The translations under genes were made by a program, and so were the position numbers. A DNA stretch of 64,000 nt. Source: an uncultured candidate division Zixibacteria bacterium. Lineage in GTDB: Bacteria > Zixibacteria > MSB-5A5 > UBA10806. The notes under the pieces were generated by a model that saw nothing but the letters and a program-made list of their open reading frames with translations, was not told the origin of the DNA and searched no databases. Below, one piece after another: positions 8,996 through 19,239 of the stretch (within the stretch, counting starts at the first letter, position 1; every line of letters starts with the position of its first letter). The stretch lies in NCBI GenBank assembly GCA_963801605.1, contig CAWDFP010000006.1, forward strand, positions 1,344,001-1,408,000. The letters run 5' to 3'.

Positions 8996-11761
8996 CTATT
9001 TAAGCATCGTCATTTTTTTAGAAATCCGGTAATCTCCGCAAGTCAGACGGTAGTAATACATTCCTGACGATGCCCCAAGTCCCGAATCGGTTTTGCCGTC
9101 CCAAACCGCAGAGTGATAACCCGGCTCAAGATAGGAATCGACCAGACTCCTGATTTTCTGGCCAAGGTTGTTGTAAATTTCGAGGTTCACATTGCCGGCG
9201 TTCGGCAAGGCGAAATCGATCCTGGTAGTCGGATTGAAGGGATTGGGATAATTTTGCCCCAGAGCTATTTCGCGCGGCAAACCGGAAACATAATCGGCTC
9301 CGATACCCTGGCCGCCCTCGACCAAAGTCATCCGGATCATCCAATCACTGAGAGTCCAGTGGCTCCAGCCGTCGGGATTGTTGTCTGAGTACCACCACGA
9401 CTGTCTTTCGACGGGAGGCATAGTATCCGAACCGACATAAGGCCCGCCATCGGTTACATCCGCCCAGTGCAGCACTACCCAGAGCGGCTGATATTCGGTA
9501 TTGACATTAACGTCATAACTGGCCCACTCGCCCGGTCCGGGAAGAACCGGATTTTCGATTCTAAATAGATATGATGTCGTGTCCGGAAGAGCATCCATTT
9601 CGGGGTTTATGTCGACGTAGTCGAAGTAACCTGAGAATGCTATCGGCGCTAAATAGAAACGAACATTCGTAATCGTAAAGGGCAGCGTTATGTTGGGATC
9701 AAATCGCGTGGCGAACTTGCGGTTTGTCGAATTTGGATAGGCATCCACCCAGATTGACATATCCGAACTGTTATCATCGTAGATCATCTCATTGGTAACG
9801 CGGAATTCCTTCGAAATGGTATTGTTGTCCGGAGTGTAATCATCGGCTAACGGGACTGAAAACTGGATCCTGTATGTTCCCACTATTGACGGTACCCAGC
9901 CGTCGAAATTCATCCGCTCGCTGGCATACGGCGCCAGGTCGTATATCGTATTGATTGTCGAATAAACTTCAGCATCGAGAGAATCGAAGATTGAAACCAG
10001 GACATCGGCGGTTTCTGTATATGATCCAAAGTTCTTAATTGTTGCGATTGGTATTGTCGGCCAGTTGACAGTAACTTCATCAAAAGGTGAGGCTATTGAG
10101 ACTGCCTGCAGATCATGCCAGCTTCTCGATACCAGCGCCAGCGTGTTATTCGAGGTATCCTCATCGCCGACCATTTCCGCCGCGAACGAGATGCGATATC
10201 GTCCATCAGATGGCAGCGTCACGTTGGGGCTGAAAAACACCTGAGTCGCCACAAATGATGTTAGGTCAGTCACGTTGGATGATGATGTATACAGCACCTG
10301 ATTGCTATCGAGTTTGGTAATGGTGCAGGTAACTGTGAAACTTTCGGTAGCAGTCCCGACATTCATAAATGTGGCGGTGGGGGTAAAGCTTACTCCGGGC
10401 GTGATAAACTCCGAAGGATCGTCAATAGATGAAACAGCCACATCATGAGTCAATGGATCGCGAAGCTGGATAGAGTAGAGCATCCCGCCGCTGCCCCACT
10501 CGCGGGCGTTTACCGCCTTACCGCCTGCAGTCGCGTAATGACCAGAATCGCTGATAGCCACGCCAAATATCGAGCCGGGTTCATCGATATCATCGAGAAG
10601 CTGGAAGATTGGTACGTTGCTCTCTCGAATAAAACAGGTGACAACATCGCCGTAAGTTGCGCCATATTTGCCATAACTGCCCGCTATGGCATATTCGCCT
10701 GTGGCCGAAAGCGCCACCGATGGCACCATATCACCATACTCTGCATAATCTATCAGCACGCCGCCGGTTTCGGCATCCCACATCATGAATTTGCCGCCGA
10801 CAATTTGCCCGCCGTCAAAATCCATTGTGCCGCAGGCTACAGTTGAGCCGTCGTTGGATACGTCCACCGCGGTTACCCAATCATGCTGAGTGGCTCTTAT
10901 CCATCTGGTACTATACTCAGCGCCGTTCCAGGCATAGAGATATACAACGCCCGTAAACGTTCCGATAGTTACAAGGGAACCGTCGGAGGATGTCTTGGCA
11001 ATATTTTGTGAATAGTTATAAAGCGTGGTCCGTTGTGTGCCGTTGGGAATCTCGTAAACATAAATAGCGGAATAACATGAGACTACTGCCACCGAACCAT
11101 CATCCGATAAATCGATTCCGTTAAGCCCTTGAGCCAGATCAAAAGTACGCGTCAGAATCGTATCGCCGGTGGCGACCTCGCACGCTACCAGGACTCCATC
11201 GCTGCCGGTTCCTGCAAACGCATACACAACTACACTGCCATCTCCCGAAATGGCCGTGCCGCTTCCATTGAATGTTGGATCAACTGAAATCTGATGTGTG
11301 GGAAGCGGTGAATCTTTATCCCACATGAAGCCCGGCATACCAGAGCCTGTCCCCGAAAAATTAATATTGGATGCGGCTACGGGCATATTCCAGGGGGTTC
11401 GTTCGTAATAACGCCAGACTGGAGTTTCAAGCCCGGCCGAGGCGTAGGCCGCAAAACGCATGTGATTCAGCCACCATCCGGCGAATATACCGGAGCCATC
11501 CGGTGTTGTTGCCACATTCTGAGCAATCGCGTCCTCATGATTGCGATCCACCCACATGACCTCAGACATAAGATGAGGATTCCTGTAGGGACGTCGTTCC
11601 TGCGATAATATTCTCGATGGTCCTTCTCCGGGGGTGACCGTCCTCATGACCTGCTTTCCATCCATTGTGGAAAACTCGTTGGATTGCCCCAACGGATTGG
11701 TCGCAGCCAATATCGAGATAGGCATAAGAACGATTAATAAAACTGATAGCATTTTAGACAT
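8996..11761 (-). CDS. Secreted beta-propeller/Ig-like (CARDB-type) protein with T9SS/FlgD-type C-terminal domain
   Basis: Signal peptide, SxDG propeller repeats, D..xNN Ig-like repeats, QNYPNPFNP...YYYRL...KKMTMLK. GGAGG RBS. Confidence 0.8.
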   Translation of the reverse strand: MSKMLSVLLIVLMPISILAATNPLGQSNEFSTMDGKQVMRTVTPGEGPSRILSQERRPYRNPHLMSEVMWVDRNHEDAIAQNVATTPDGSGIFAGWWLNHMRFAAYASAGLETPVWRYYERTPWNMPVAASNINFSGTGSGMPGFMWDKDSPLPTHQISVDPTFNGSGTAISGDGSVVVYAFAGTGSDGVLVACEVATGDTILTRTFDLAQGLNGIDLSDDGSVAVVSCYSAIYVYEIPNGTQRTTLYNYSQNIAKTSSDGSLVTIGTFTGVVYLYAWNGAEYSTRWIRATQHDWVTAVDVSNDGSTVACGTMDFDGGQIVGGKFMMWDAETGGVLIDYAEYGDMVPSVALSATGEYAIAGSYGKYGATYGDVVTCFIRESNVPIFQLLDDIDEPGSIFGVAISDSGHYATAGGKAVNAREWGSGGMLYSIQLRDPLTHDVAVSSIDDPSEFITPGVSFTPTATFMNVGTATESFTVTCTITKLDSNQVLYTSSSNVTDLTSFVATQVFFSPNVTLPSDGRYRISFAAEMVGDEDTSNNTLALVSRSWHDLQAVSIASPFDEVTVNWPTIPIATIKNFGSYTETADVLVSIFDSLDAEVYSTINTIYDLAPYASERMNFDGWVPSIVGTYRIQFSVPLADDYTPDNNTISKEFRVTNEMIYDDNSSDMSIWVDAYPNSTNRKFATRFDPNITLPFTITNVRFYLAPIAFSGYFDYVDINPEMDALPDTTSYLFRIENPVLPGPGEWASYDVNVNTEYQPLWVVLHWADVTDGGPYVGSDTMPPVERQSWWYSDNNPDGWSHWTLSDWMIRMTLVEGGQGIGADYVSGLPREIALGQNYPNPFNPTTRIDFALPNAGNVNLEIYNNLGQKIRSLVDSYLEPGYHSAVWDGKTDSGLGASSGMYYYRLTCGDYRISKKMTMLK

Positions 11762-12018
11762 TTATCCTCCTCAATTTTAATAATTTTCGTTATCAATATA
11801 TTCGGGAGATTTAATTCGAAGCAGAATCGTATTATTTCCCTTGGATGAAACGCGTTATAATAACTCGGCGTCAGGTTTGCCGGGCCGTAATCATCTAAAT
11901 ATTAAATATAGGGGTGATTTTCCGAATTACAATTAAATTATAATTTCAGTAACAAATTCCAATAATGCCAAAAACATTATTTTCGGCTAACAGGCATCTA
12001 CTTAATAGCCCCTTTGCC

Positions 12019-13251
12019 TTAGTTTGGAAGATTCCTTCCGGGATCGGATATTAATTGAACCCGAGCCAGGTCTCCGGCGTTCAGAAAATTAATATCCTGC
12101 GGTATTACTATAAAAGCGTTGGCCGAATAAAACGGCATCACCGATTGAGTGGTCCTTGAACCCGATGGTACTACCAGGAAACCATCATCCGTAACCTTTA
12201 CCTCGGCGCGAACAAAATGGGTCATACCTCCGCCGCCTTTGACATCCTTTTCGAGTCTGGCCACGACCTCCATTCGGCGAATGTCTCGTCTGCCCTGCAT
12301 TTTTAGTATTGCCGGCCGTATAAATTCCTCTAAGATTACCATCGATGACAGGCAGTTACCCGGTAAGCCAAAAACAGGGATACTGTTATAGGTGCCAAAT
12401 ATTAACGGTTTACCCGGTCTGATGGCTACTCTCCAAAACTTCAGGTCCATTCCCACGCGCTGCAATATACCCTTAACGAAATCGAAATCTTCCATCGATG
12501 AGCCGACGCAGCTGATAAACATATCGCTGCAAACGGCCTTTTCAATGCTGGCTTTGACCTCGTCGGAATTGGTGCTCACTATACCGAGATTAACGGGCAC
12601 GGCGCCATATTCAGTTAGCTGGGTTTCGAGAATGGCGGTATTGCCGGCGCGAATTTTACCGTCCTGCAGCGGCTGGTCGGGAGGAATCAGATCGTTTCCC
12701 GAGGCGAAAAATGAAACCCGCGGTTTGCGGTAACAAAGTACATCCTGGTTGCCGATTGCAGCTAAGACACCGATATCAGCGCCGTTTAAGACTCTTCCTT
12801 TAGCCAGAACGGGATCGCCCGCATTGATATCGCTTCCCTTTATATAGATATTCTCGCCCGGTTTTTCACCCTTGTAGATCTTAACTTTTGTGGCGGTTTC
12901 GCGGACTGTGTTCTCGGAAAGGACAATAGTGTCTGCTCCTTCAGGCAGTGGGGCGCCGCTGGCAATTCTTAGGGCATGCCCCATTTGCATGATCTCTTTC
13001 CAGGGGCAGCCAACCTTCACCTCACCATCGAGTTTGAGAGTCACCGGGTTGCTCTGCGACGCTTTGTTTACATCATCATTTCGGACAGCATATCCATCGA
13101 CCATGGCCATATCGAAAGATGGAATATCGTCATTTGAGATGATATCCTCGGCCAGGGCCATATGCTGTGCTGCTAAAATCGGAATCCGAGCAGTATCGAG
13201 AACGGGGGTGTTTTCAAGAACAATCTGCAGTGCCTTTTCAACTGAAATCAT
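12019..13251 (-). CDS. moeA: Molybdopterin molybdotransferase MoeA/gephyrin-like protein (divergent motifs)
   Basis: MISVEKAL start after GGAGGGG. DGYAV, GAPLPEGAD, RPGKP and GLPGN motifs. Confidence 0.8.
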   Translation of the reverse strand: MISVEKALQIVLENTPVLDTARIPILAAQHMALAEDIISNDDIPSFDMAMVDGYAVRNDDVNKASQSNPVTLKLDGEVKVGCPWKEIMQMGHALRIASGAPLPEGADTIVLSENTVRETATKVKIYKGEKPGENIYIKGSDINAGDPVLAKGRVLNGADIGVLAAIGNQDVLCYRKPRVSFFASGNDLIPPDQPLQDGKIRAGNTAILETQLTEYGAVPVNLGIVSTNSDEVKASIEKAVCSDMFISCVGSSMEDFDFVKGILQRVGMDLKFWRVAIRPGKPLIFGTYNSIPVFGLPGNCLSSMVILEEFIRPAILKMQGRRDIRRMEVVARLEKDVKGGGGMTHFVRAEVKVTDDGFLVVPSGSRTTQSVMPFYSANAFIVIPQDINFLNAGDLARVQLISDPGRNLPN

Positions 13252-13544
13252 AAGAACCTTCCCCTCCATTTGAAGGTAATCCGTGACTCGTAGTCGGCGA
13301 ACAGAATTAAACTGCACCAACCAAGAAGAAAACTGCTGTCTTGTAATACTGAAAAGGGGCTTTTATTACTTAAAATTTCAAAGCGGGCATCCCCTCCCAC
13401 AAGTTGAAATATAAGGAGTTAGGCTAAAATTTGTCAAGCAATAATCGCATTGGGGGCCCGTATTTTCTACTTGTATTTTAGCAGAAACAACTCTGTTTCG
13501 AGGCTGTCAAAGGATATTATATTTCAAAATAACCAAAATAAAAA

Positions 13545-13574
13545 GCGCCGACCCTATTTTTTTAGGATCGGCGC
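13545..13574 (-). terminator. Intrinsic terminator after the S41 protease gene
   Basis: Minus strand GCGCCGATCCTA-loop-TAGGGTCGGCGC followed by a T-run. Confidence 0.75.
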
Positions 13575-13591
13575 CTTGGTTTTTAAGGAAA

Positions 13592-15325
13592 TTAATCTAC
13601 TTTCTTAGTGGTTCCTTCAAGAATACCACTATAATCCTTAGGCGATGTCAGGATGCTAACAGCTCTTAATACATAGGGGTCGGTCTTTAATACGACCTGC
13701 TGGTAGACTTCGCTTTCATTGTATTTGTGAGTCAGGATATCACGCTTAAGAGAGCGCTTGATATAATCGGTCGCCTGCGTAAATTCGGTTTCCTTATCCT
13801 TTTCAATTACAGCCCTGAGACGATCGATCTCAGTTGTAAATTGGGGATCGTTATTTTCTGTTTCCTTGGCGGTTTTCTCAAGAGCTTCAAGCTGAGTTTC
13901 CATCTGATTTTTGTAAGTGAACTTCTTCTCCTTGAGAAAATCGCGGAAATCTTGAACCATGACGTCAGTTACTTCGAAATCCGGCTTGATATCGGAATGG
14001 CTATTGGAATAACGGATGGCGTAATCGAGGAACATCGAAAGCCGTTCGAGATTGAGTTCGATTGGAGTAAGTTTCTCAGGTTCAACTGTAACATCCGGAG
14101 TTATGCCTCCGCCGCCATAAACGATTCTGCCGCCCTTGGTATGGAACAGTTCAAGCTTGGTGGAATCTACCTTCGCGGAATCTGATAATGCGTCCGTCGT
14201 GTCAGCATCGGTCAGGTCCTCAGGGTGACGGGTATTTCGGCTGCTTTTCTGAATGCAGCGGCCCGATGGTACATACCATTTAGCGGTAGTCAGTTTGAGA
14301 GCGGTACCCTCGGAAAGGGTGTAAACCTGCTGAACCAAACCTTTTCCGAAAGTTGTATTGCCTATAATCACGCCTCGGTCGTTGTCCTGGATAGCGCCTG
14401 CCACAATTTCAGAGGCCGATGCTGTCATATCGTTAACCAACACCGCCAGAGGGACTTTGGGCAGCATCGGGTCGCGGGTGGCATAATGTTCATTGTTTTG
14501 ATCGGGAGTTCTGCCCTTGGTGTACACCACTTCGGTTCCCTTGGGCAGATAGTAGTTGGCCACCATCACCGCCTGGCTTAGAAGACCGCCGCCGTTAGAG
14601 CGAAGATCGAATATTAAGCCGTCGATATTCTGTTTCGACATGTCCGCAACCGCCGATTCAATTTCGGTATCGGCATCCTCACCGAAACGCGACAGCCTGA
14701 TATATCCGATCTTCTTGCCGTTCTGGTCAATTACGCCGGTGAACGGAACTGTCTTGATAGTGATTACGGCCCTCTCCATGGTGTAGTCGAGAGGCTCGGG
14801 AACGCCCTCCCGCTGTATGCCCAATGAAACCTTGGTGCCGGCATCACCGCGCATTAGTTTCGAGGCTGCCTGGGTGCTCATATTCTTTGTGGATTGATCG
14901 TCTATTTTGATAATACGATCGCCGGAACGAATCCCCATCCGGTAGGCCGGAGTACCCTCCATGGTGGACATAACCGTTACCCAGCTATCTTTCAGGAATA
15001 TCGTCATGCCCAATCCGGAATATTTCCCGGATGTCATTTCCATGAGGTTGTCATAATCCGTTTTTTCCAGAAATTCGGAAAAAGGATCAAGTTTATCGAG
15101 CATCCCTCGAATGCCCGAATAGACTAAATCCTGTACATTAATTTCATCCACATAACGGGCGTTAATTCTGAATGCTATTTCGGATGATAACTTTACCAGG
15201 GAATAAATAGAATCGTTGGGATTCTGAGCAATCGCGTAAGCGAAAAACACTACCACCGCCAGAACCACGGTAGCAACTATCCCCATTTTATACTTTGATT
15301 TCACGGCACCTCCATTATTTTTCAT
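13592..15325 (-). CDS. ctpA: S41 C-terminal processing protease (PDZ + tail-specific protease)
   Basis: LDPFS, GLG PDZ motif, DLRSNGGGLL, TASASEIVAGAIQD, TFGKGLVQ. The start may be the GTG a few codons downstream. Confidence 0.9.
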   Translation of the reverse strand: MKNNGGAVKSKYKMGIVATVVLAVVVFFAYAIAQNPNDSIYSLVKLSSEIAFRINARYVDEINVQDLVYSGIRGMLDKLDPFSEFLEKTDYDNLMEMTSGKYSGLGMTIFLKDSWVTVMSTMEGTPAYRMGIRSGDRIIKIDDQSTKNMSTQAASKLMRGDAGTKVSLGIQREGVPEPLDYTMERAVITIKTVPFTGVIDQNGKKIGYIRLSRFGEDADTEIESAVADMSKQNIDGLIFDLRSNGGGLLSQAVMVANYYLPKGTEVVYTKGRTPDQNNEHYATRDPMLPKVPLAVLVNDMTASASEIVAGAIQDNDRGVIIGNTTFGKGLVQQVYTLSEGTALKLTTAKWYVPSGRCIQKSSRNTRHPEDLTDADTTDALSDSAKVDSTKLELFHTKGGRIVYGGGGITPDVTVEPEKLTPIELNLERLSMFLDYAIRYSNSHSDIKPDFEVTDVMVQDFRDFLKEKKFTYKNQMETQLEALEKTAKETENNDPQFTTEIDRLRAVIEKDKETEFTQATDYIKRSLKRDILTHKYNESEVYQQVVLKTDPYVLRAVSILTSPKDYSGILEGTTKKVD

Positions 15326-15644
15326 CTATAACAATATATCGACAAAAGCGGTTTCATTCTTTTCATAAACATATTCTGCGGAATCGGCTGAAGCATTCAA
15401 ACATACATAAGTATAAGTCTTCCGGCGGACAAATGTTCCCTAATTATTGATCTCATAAACTCTTAGGTATCGTAACGGATCTTCGGCCTTATAATCCGGT
15501 CTCGATTACTGCTCAACGGAATAATATGCAACCTCGTTGCATTTGGCAAGGCTTTTGGAATTGATCCCGCCGCCGCTGATTGGGTCGATACTGATAATGC
15601 CTGCTTTTTTACTCAAAGAATCGCTGGCATTCAGTGATTTCTGT

Positions 15645-16439
15645 TTATAGCCGCTCGACAAATTTCGCTACCAATTCAATTACCTCGCCGCTTTTTTCGC
15701 GATGAGGAATATGTCCACAATCTGGCAAAATAGCTTGTTGGGAGGGGCCGCCGGCGAATTTGCATATCATCTCCGGATGCTTCAGCGTTCCGTATTCGTC
15801 TCGATCGCCGTGAATCACCAGAAGCGGGCATCTCACGTCAGGTAATACTGCTTTCAGATTCCATGATGCAAATTCCGACGCTAACCAGGTCTCGGTCCAG
15901 GCATCGAAAACCCATTTTGCTTTCTCACCATGATACTTCTGCAGCCGCTTGAGTTGGCTGTTATCTTGATTGTGCTTCTTTGCCTCGGATATCGCCAGCA
16001 AGGTTTTTTCCTCAATAAAAGCCTGCGCCGATTCGGCGATTACTGCCTTGCATTCGGAACGAAATTTGGCGGCGGCGGTGATTGCCATCGCTCCACCCAC
16101 ACTATGGCCAAAAAGTATAAATTCCCTAATTTGAAATTGACCTGCTATGGCGGGAAGGCATATTTCCGATTCTTCGCTGATAAATTTTAATGGCAACGAT
16201 CCCGAACGCGGATCGGATTTGCCAAACCCCGGCCGATCATAGGCAATTACGTTACAGCCAGACTGTTCGCATAACCTTGCGGGAAATTCGCGCCAGAGTT
16301 CAACACATCCCAGGGAATCATGAATTAAAATAATCGGCGCCTTTTTGGTGGTAGGCGACAATATCCATTCCCTGGCAAATATTTTGCCCAATTGCGATGC
16401 GATAAAGTAATCGCTGATTTTAATCGCAACCGACGACAT
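15645..16439 (-). CDS. Alpha/beta-fold hydrolase
   Basis: YDRPGFGKS, GHSVGG nucleophile elbow, HGDRDEY, CGHIPH. Confidence 0.9.
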   Translation of the reverse strand: MSSVAIKISDYFIASQLGKIFAREWILSPTTKKAPIILIHDSLGCVELWREFPARLCEQSGCNVIAYDRPGFGKSDPRSGSLPLKFISEESEICLPAIAGQFQIREFILFGHSVGGAMAITAAAKFRSECKAVIAESAQAFIEEKTLLAISEAKKHNQDNSQLKRLQKYHGEKAKWVFDAWTETWLASEFASWNLKAVLPDVRCPLLVIHGDRDEYGTLKHPEMICKFAGGPSQQAILPDCGHIPHREKSGEVIELVAKFVERL

Positions 16440-16497
16440 TAATCCGTTTTATCTTCTATAAAAGTAATTTTATCAATAGCTATTAAATTAGTAGTGA

Positions 16498-17157
16498 TTA
16501 ATCGGTTACAACTCGGGCTGTGTTTTTGAAATGTATCTTGGCAACTTTGCCAAGCTCATTCCTCCCCAAACGCGCAACGAAATTCCTGCCGGCCTCATCA
16601 ACCGGCGTGCCCGCGCCTTTAGGAAGCCTGACACCATATTCATTTGATAAACCCTCAAGCCGCCTTAAAAACTCGGCTCTTGCTAATATTGACGCTGCCG
16701 CAACCGCCGGGACCACTTCGGCTTTGGTCATTTGAGTCAAATTAATTCCGCGGCCCTTTTTAAGAAGCGCGTTTTCTATCAGGCTCTTATCTCCAAATTG
16801 ATCGGAGATAACCTCTGTAGGATTGACCCTTACCAGAAGATTCTCCAGCGCGCGGGCATGTCCCCAGGCCAGCATTTTATTCAGATTTCGAATTTTCGAA
16901 TGTAATTCGTTATATTTTTCGGGTCCGATGGTTACGATTTCGCAGGGGGCAATTTTTCGGATTTCACGATCCAGCGCGAGGGCGCGGCTGTCGCTGACCT
17001 TTTTGCTTTCGCGAAGGCCTATAGCTAAAAATGCTTGTTCGATTTTTTCATCGGTGTAACAGGCGCCGATAACCAGCGGGCCGAAATAATCGCCTTTGCC
17101 GGCTTCGTCAACTCCGATTATGCCAACCGGCTGGCCTATGAGAAGATCGCCCTGCAA
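16498..17157 (-). CDS. rnhC: Ribonuclease HIII-type enzyme, catalytic domain only
   Basis: GVDEAGKGDYFGPLV, PEKYNEL, NLNKMLAWGH, SDQF, KAE..VAAASILAR, LPKGAG, AKIHFKN. Confidence 0.8.
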   Translation of the reverse strand: MQGDLLIGQPVGIIGVDEAGKGDYFGPLVIGACYTDEKIEQAFLAIGLRESKKVSDSRALALDREIRKIAPCEIVTIGPEKYNELHSKIRNLNKMLAWGHARALENLLVRVNPTEVISDQFGDKSLIENALLKKGRGINLTQMTKAEVVPAVAAASILARAEFLRRLEGLSNEYGVRLPKGAGTPVDEAGRNFVARLGRNELGKVAKIHFKNTARVVTD

Positions 17158-17162
17158 GAGGC

Positions 17163-17723
17163 TTAGTTCACTCGTTCCAGATACTTGCCGTCCGAGGTAT
17201 CAATCTTAATTAGGTCGCCTTCCTTGATGAAAAGCGGCGCCCGGACGGTTAAGCCGGTTTCAACTACAACGCTTTTGGTCAAATTGGATACTGAATCGCC
17301 TTTGACGGCCGGTTCAGCTTCCATTACTTTCAAGGTTACCGCTGACGGCATATCGATGGCAATCGGGTTGCCCTCGAAAAACATGATTTTATATTCTACG
17401 TTTTCCTGCAAATAGGATTTGGAATCGCCGACCTGCTCGACATTTAATATTGCCTGGTCATAAGTTTTTGAATCCATGAAATTGAACGCCTCGCCATCAT
17501 TATATAAATACTGCATCATACGCTCTGTAAATTCCGGCTCCTGGAAAGTTTCGCCGGCCGAAAAGGTACGCTCTAAGACTCGTCCTGTTTTGAGGTTCTT
17601 AAGCTTGGTCCAGACATTGGCCCGTCTTTGAGCGGTTCTGGCGTGCTGAAAATCGACAATAATATACAGGTCGCCATCCAATCCCAATTTCATACCTTTT
17701 CTAAAATCGCTTGTACTGAGCAT
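17163..17723 (-). CDS. efp: Elongation factor P with atypical tip loop
   Basis: DFRKG, TKLKNL.TG, MQYLY.DG...FMD, EPAVKGDS, ETG...PLFI..GD.IKIDT. GGAGG RBS before M at 17723. Confidence 0.92.
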   Translation of the reverse strand: MLSTSDFRKGMKLGLDGDLYIIVDFQHARTAQRRANVWTKLKNLKTGRVLERTFSAGETFQEPEFTERMMQYLYNDGEAFNFMDSKTYDQAILNVEQVGDSKSYLQENVEYKIMFFEGNPIAIDMPSAVTLKVMEAEPAVKGDSVSNLTKSVVVETGLTVRAPLFIKEGDLIKIDTSDGKYLERVN

Positions 17724-17882
17724 TATTCCTCCGTCACATAAAATCCTCGAAATTAAAACATCATTCAATATAAAGCCTCTAATATTGTTAAGCAAGGAGA
17801 GATTAGCCGCTGAACCGCGGCGTTGGGAGGTAATGGGGTGTCACAATTTATTATGACATCAATTTATTGTTTCGGATTTTAC

Positions 17883-19130
17883 TTATGGCCAGAGATGAAG
17901 GGTAATATTGACTCCGGTTAGATGAGCCCCCGGGCCGACTATCAAAGCGTCATCGTCAGTCCAAACCCCATCTTCGTTAAGATCATAAAACCACCAGCCA
18001 TCCCCATTATCGATTGGGTTCCAGGGTCCGCTGTTGTTGACATCATCCTGGGCTTCAAAACGAAGATGTAGGGGAGCCGGCAAATTATCTAAAACGATTG
18101 TAAAATTGCCATCTGTGGGATTAACAGTGGCCTGGCCGATCAAATATGGAGTGTAGTTATTTATCGTGTCGGCGAAGGCGTATGTATGTGATGTTAAAGT
18201 ATGCCCCGGCCAGGTGACAGTCCCGCTAATAGTAGTCTGTCCGGTTCCCTCCTCAAATACTGCCGTTACCGTCATATTTCGATGCATAACCAATGTCAGA
18301 GGATTAAGAATGCCTGTCGTATCGCCTATCCAGTGCAGGAATGCCCAACCGGAACCGGGAATGGCGGTCAAAAATACCGTATCGCCGTACGCATAATTCG
18401 AGCTGTCTGGTTGACGGGTAACAATTCCGAGCCCTTGAAGCAGCGTAGTTAATGTGAATGTGATCGAATCGCGAGTGGTAAAAGCCCAGACCGGACTGGA
18501 GGTTGCGTGATGATCGGGGTCTTTGGCTACAACTTTCCAATTATATTGCCTGAGATATTGAAGCTGAGAAATCTGGTAGCTGTTGATAGTCAAGTTTGAA
18601 TCTACAAGCATTAAGTAGCCGCCCGATCCAAAATAAAGATCATACTTAAGAGAATCATCATCGGGATCGCTGCAATTCCATCTGAGCGTTGGATTAATAG
18701 ATACCCCCAGACTGCTATCGGATGGCTGCGGCTCTCCTGGTATCAGCGGAGGCAGCCCGATTGCCTGCGTAGAAATCGCAATTGAATTCGATGGGCTTGA
18801 TTCGCCGTTGTCATTTTTGGCTGCGACGCGGTAAGAATATTCTGTTGTATCCTGCAGCAGGCTATCGATAAATAAGGTCGAATTTGCGGGAACGAAGGTT
18901 AATGGAACCCAATCGTTTTCATATCTTCTATAAATTAAAAAACTGGTTTCATCATCAGAGTTATCGACCCAGCTTAAAGCTATCGATGCTGACGACAGCG
19001 ATTGCCCGGTTAGATTCGATGGTGCGCCGGGGAAATTGCCTACAGTGCTTTTATTACCGCAATCAATTAATAGGAAAAGACAAAGGCAGAATCCCAGAGC
19101 GGATTTTAAGGCGTAATCATGCAATTTCAT
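17883..19130 (-). CDS. Lipoprotein with FN3 domains, an InlB-B/bacterial repeat and a C-terminal Asp-rich Ig-like domain
   Basis: Lipobox-like LID-C, FN3 signatures (LSWVDNS, YSYRVAA, YNWKVVAKD), GWAFLHW.GD repeat. Confidence 0.7.
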   Translation of the reverse strand: MKLHDYALKSALGFCLCLFLLIDCGNKSTVGNFPGAPSNLTGQSLSSASIALSWVDNSDDETSFLIYRRYENDWVPLTFVPANSTLFIDSLLQDTTEYSYRVAAKNDNGESSPSNSIAISTQAIGLPPLIPGEPQPSDSSLGVSINPTLRWNCSDPDDDSLKYDLYFGSGGYLMLVDSNLTINSYQISQLQYLRQYNWKVVAKDPDHHATSSPVWAFTTRDSITFTLTTLLQGLGIVTRQPDSSNYAYGDTVFLTAIPGSGWAFLHWIGDTTGILNPLTLVMHRNMTVTAVFEEGTGQTTISGTVTWPGHTLTSHTYAFADTINNYTPYLIGQATVNPTDGNFTIVLDNLPAPLHLRFEAQDDVNNSGPWNPIDNGDGWWFYDLNEDGVWTDDDALIVGPGAHLTGVNITLHLWP

Positions 19131-19189
19131 AAATCAACGATATTATATCATTTGTGTAACGTCAAGCCTGTATTTGAAATTAAAATAAA

Positions 19190-19217
19190 ACCGGCAGATG
19201 GAGAAACCATCCGCCGG
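19190..19217 (-). terminator. Intrinsic terminator after the clostripain gene
   Basis: Minus strand CCGGCGGATGG-loop-CCATCTGCCGG followed by TTTT. Confidence 0.7.
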
Positions 19218-19239
19218 AATAATCGAAATCTAAATAGAG

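Noticed and set aside
13252..13410. Moco/tungsten riboswitch upstream of moeA
   Set aside because: No recognisable consensus stems or motifs by eye.
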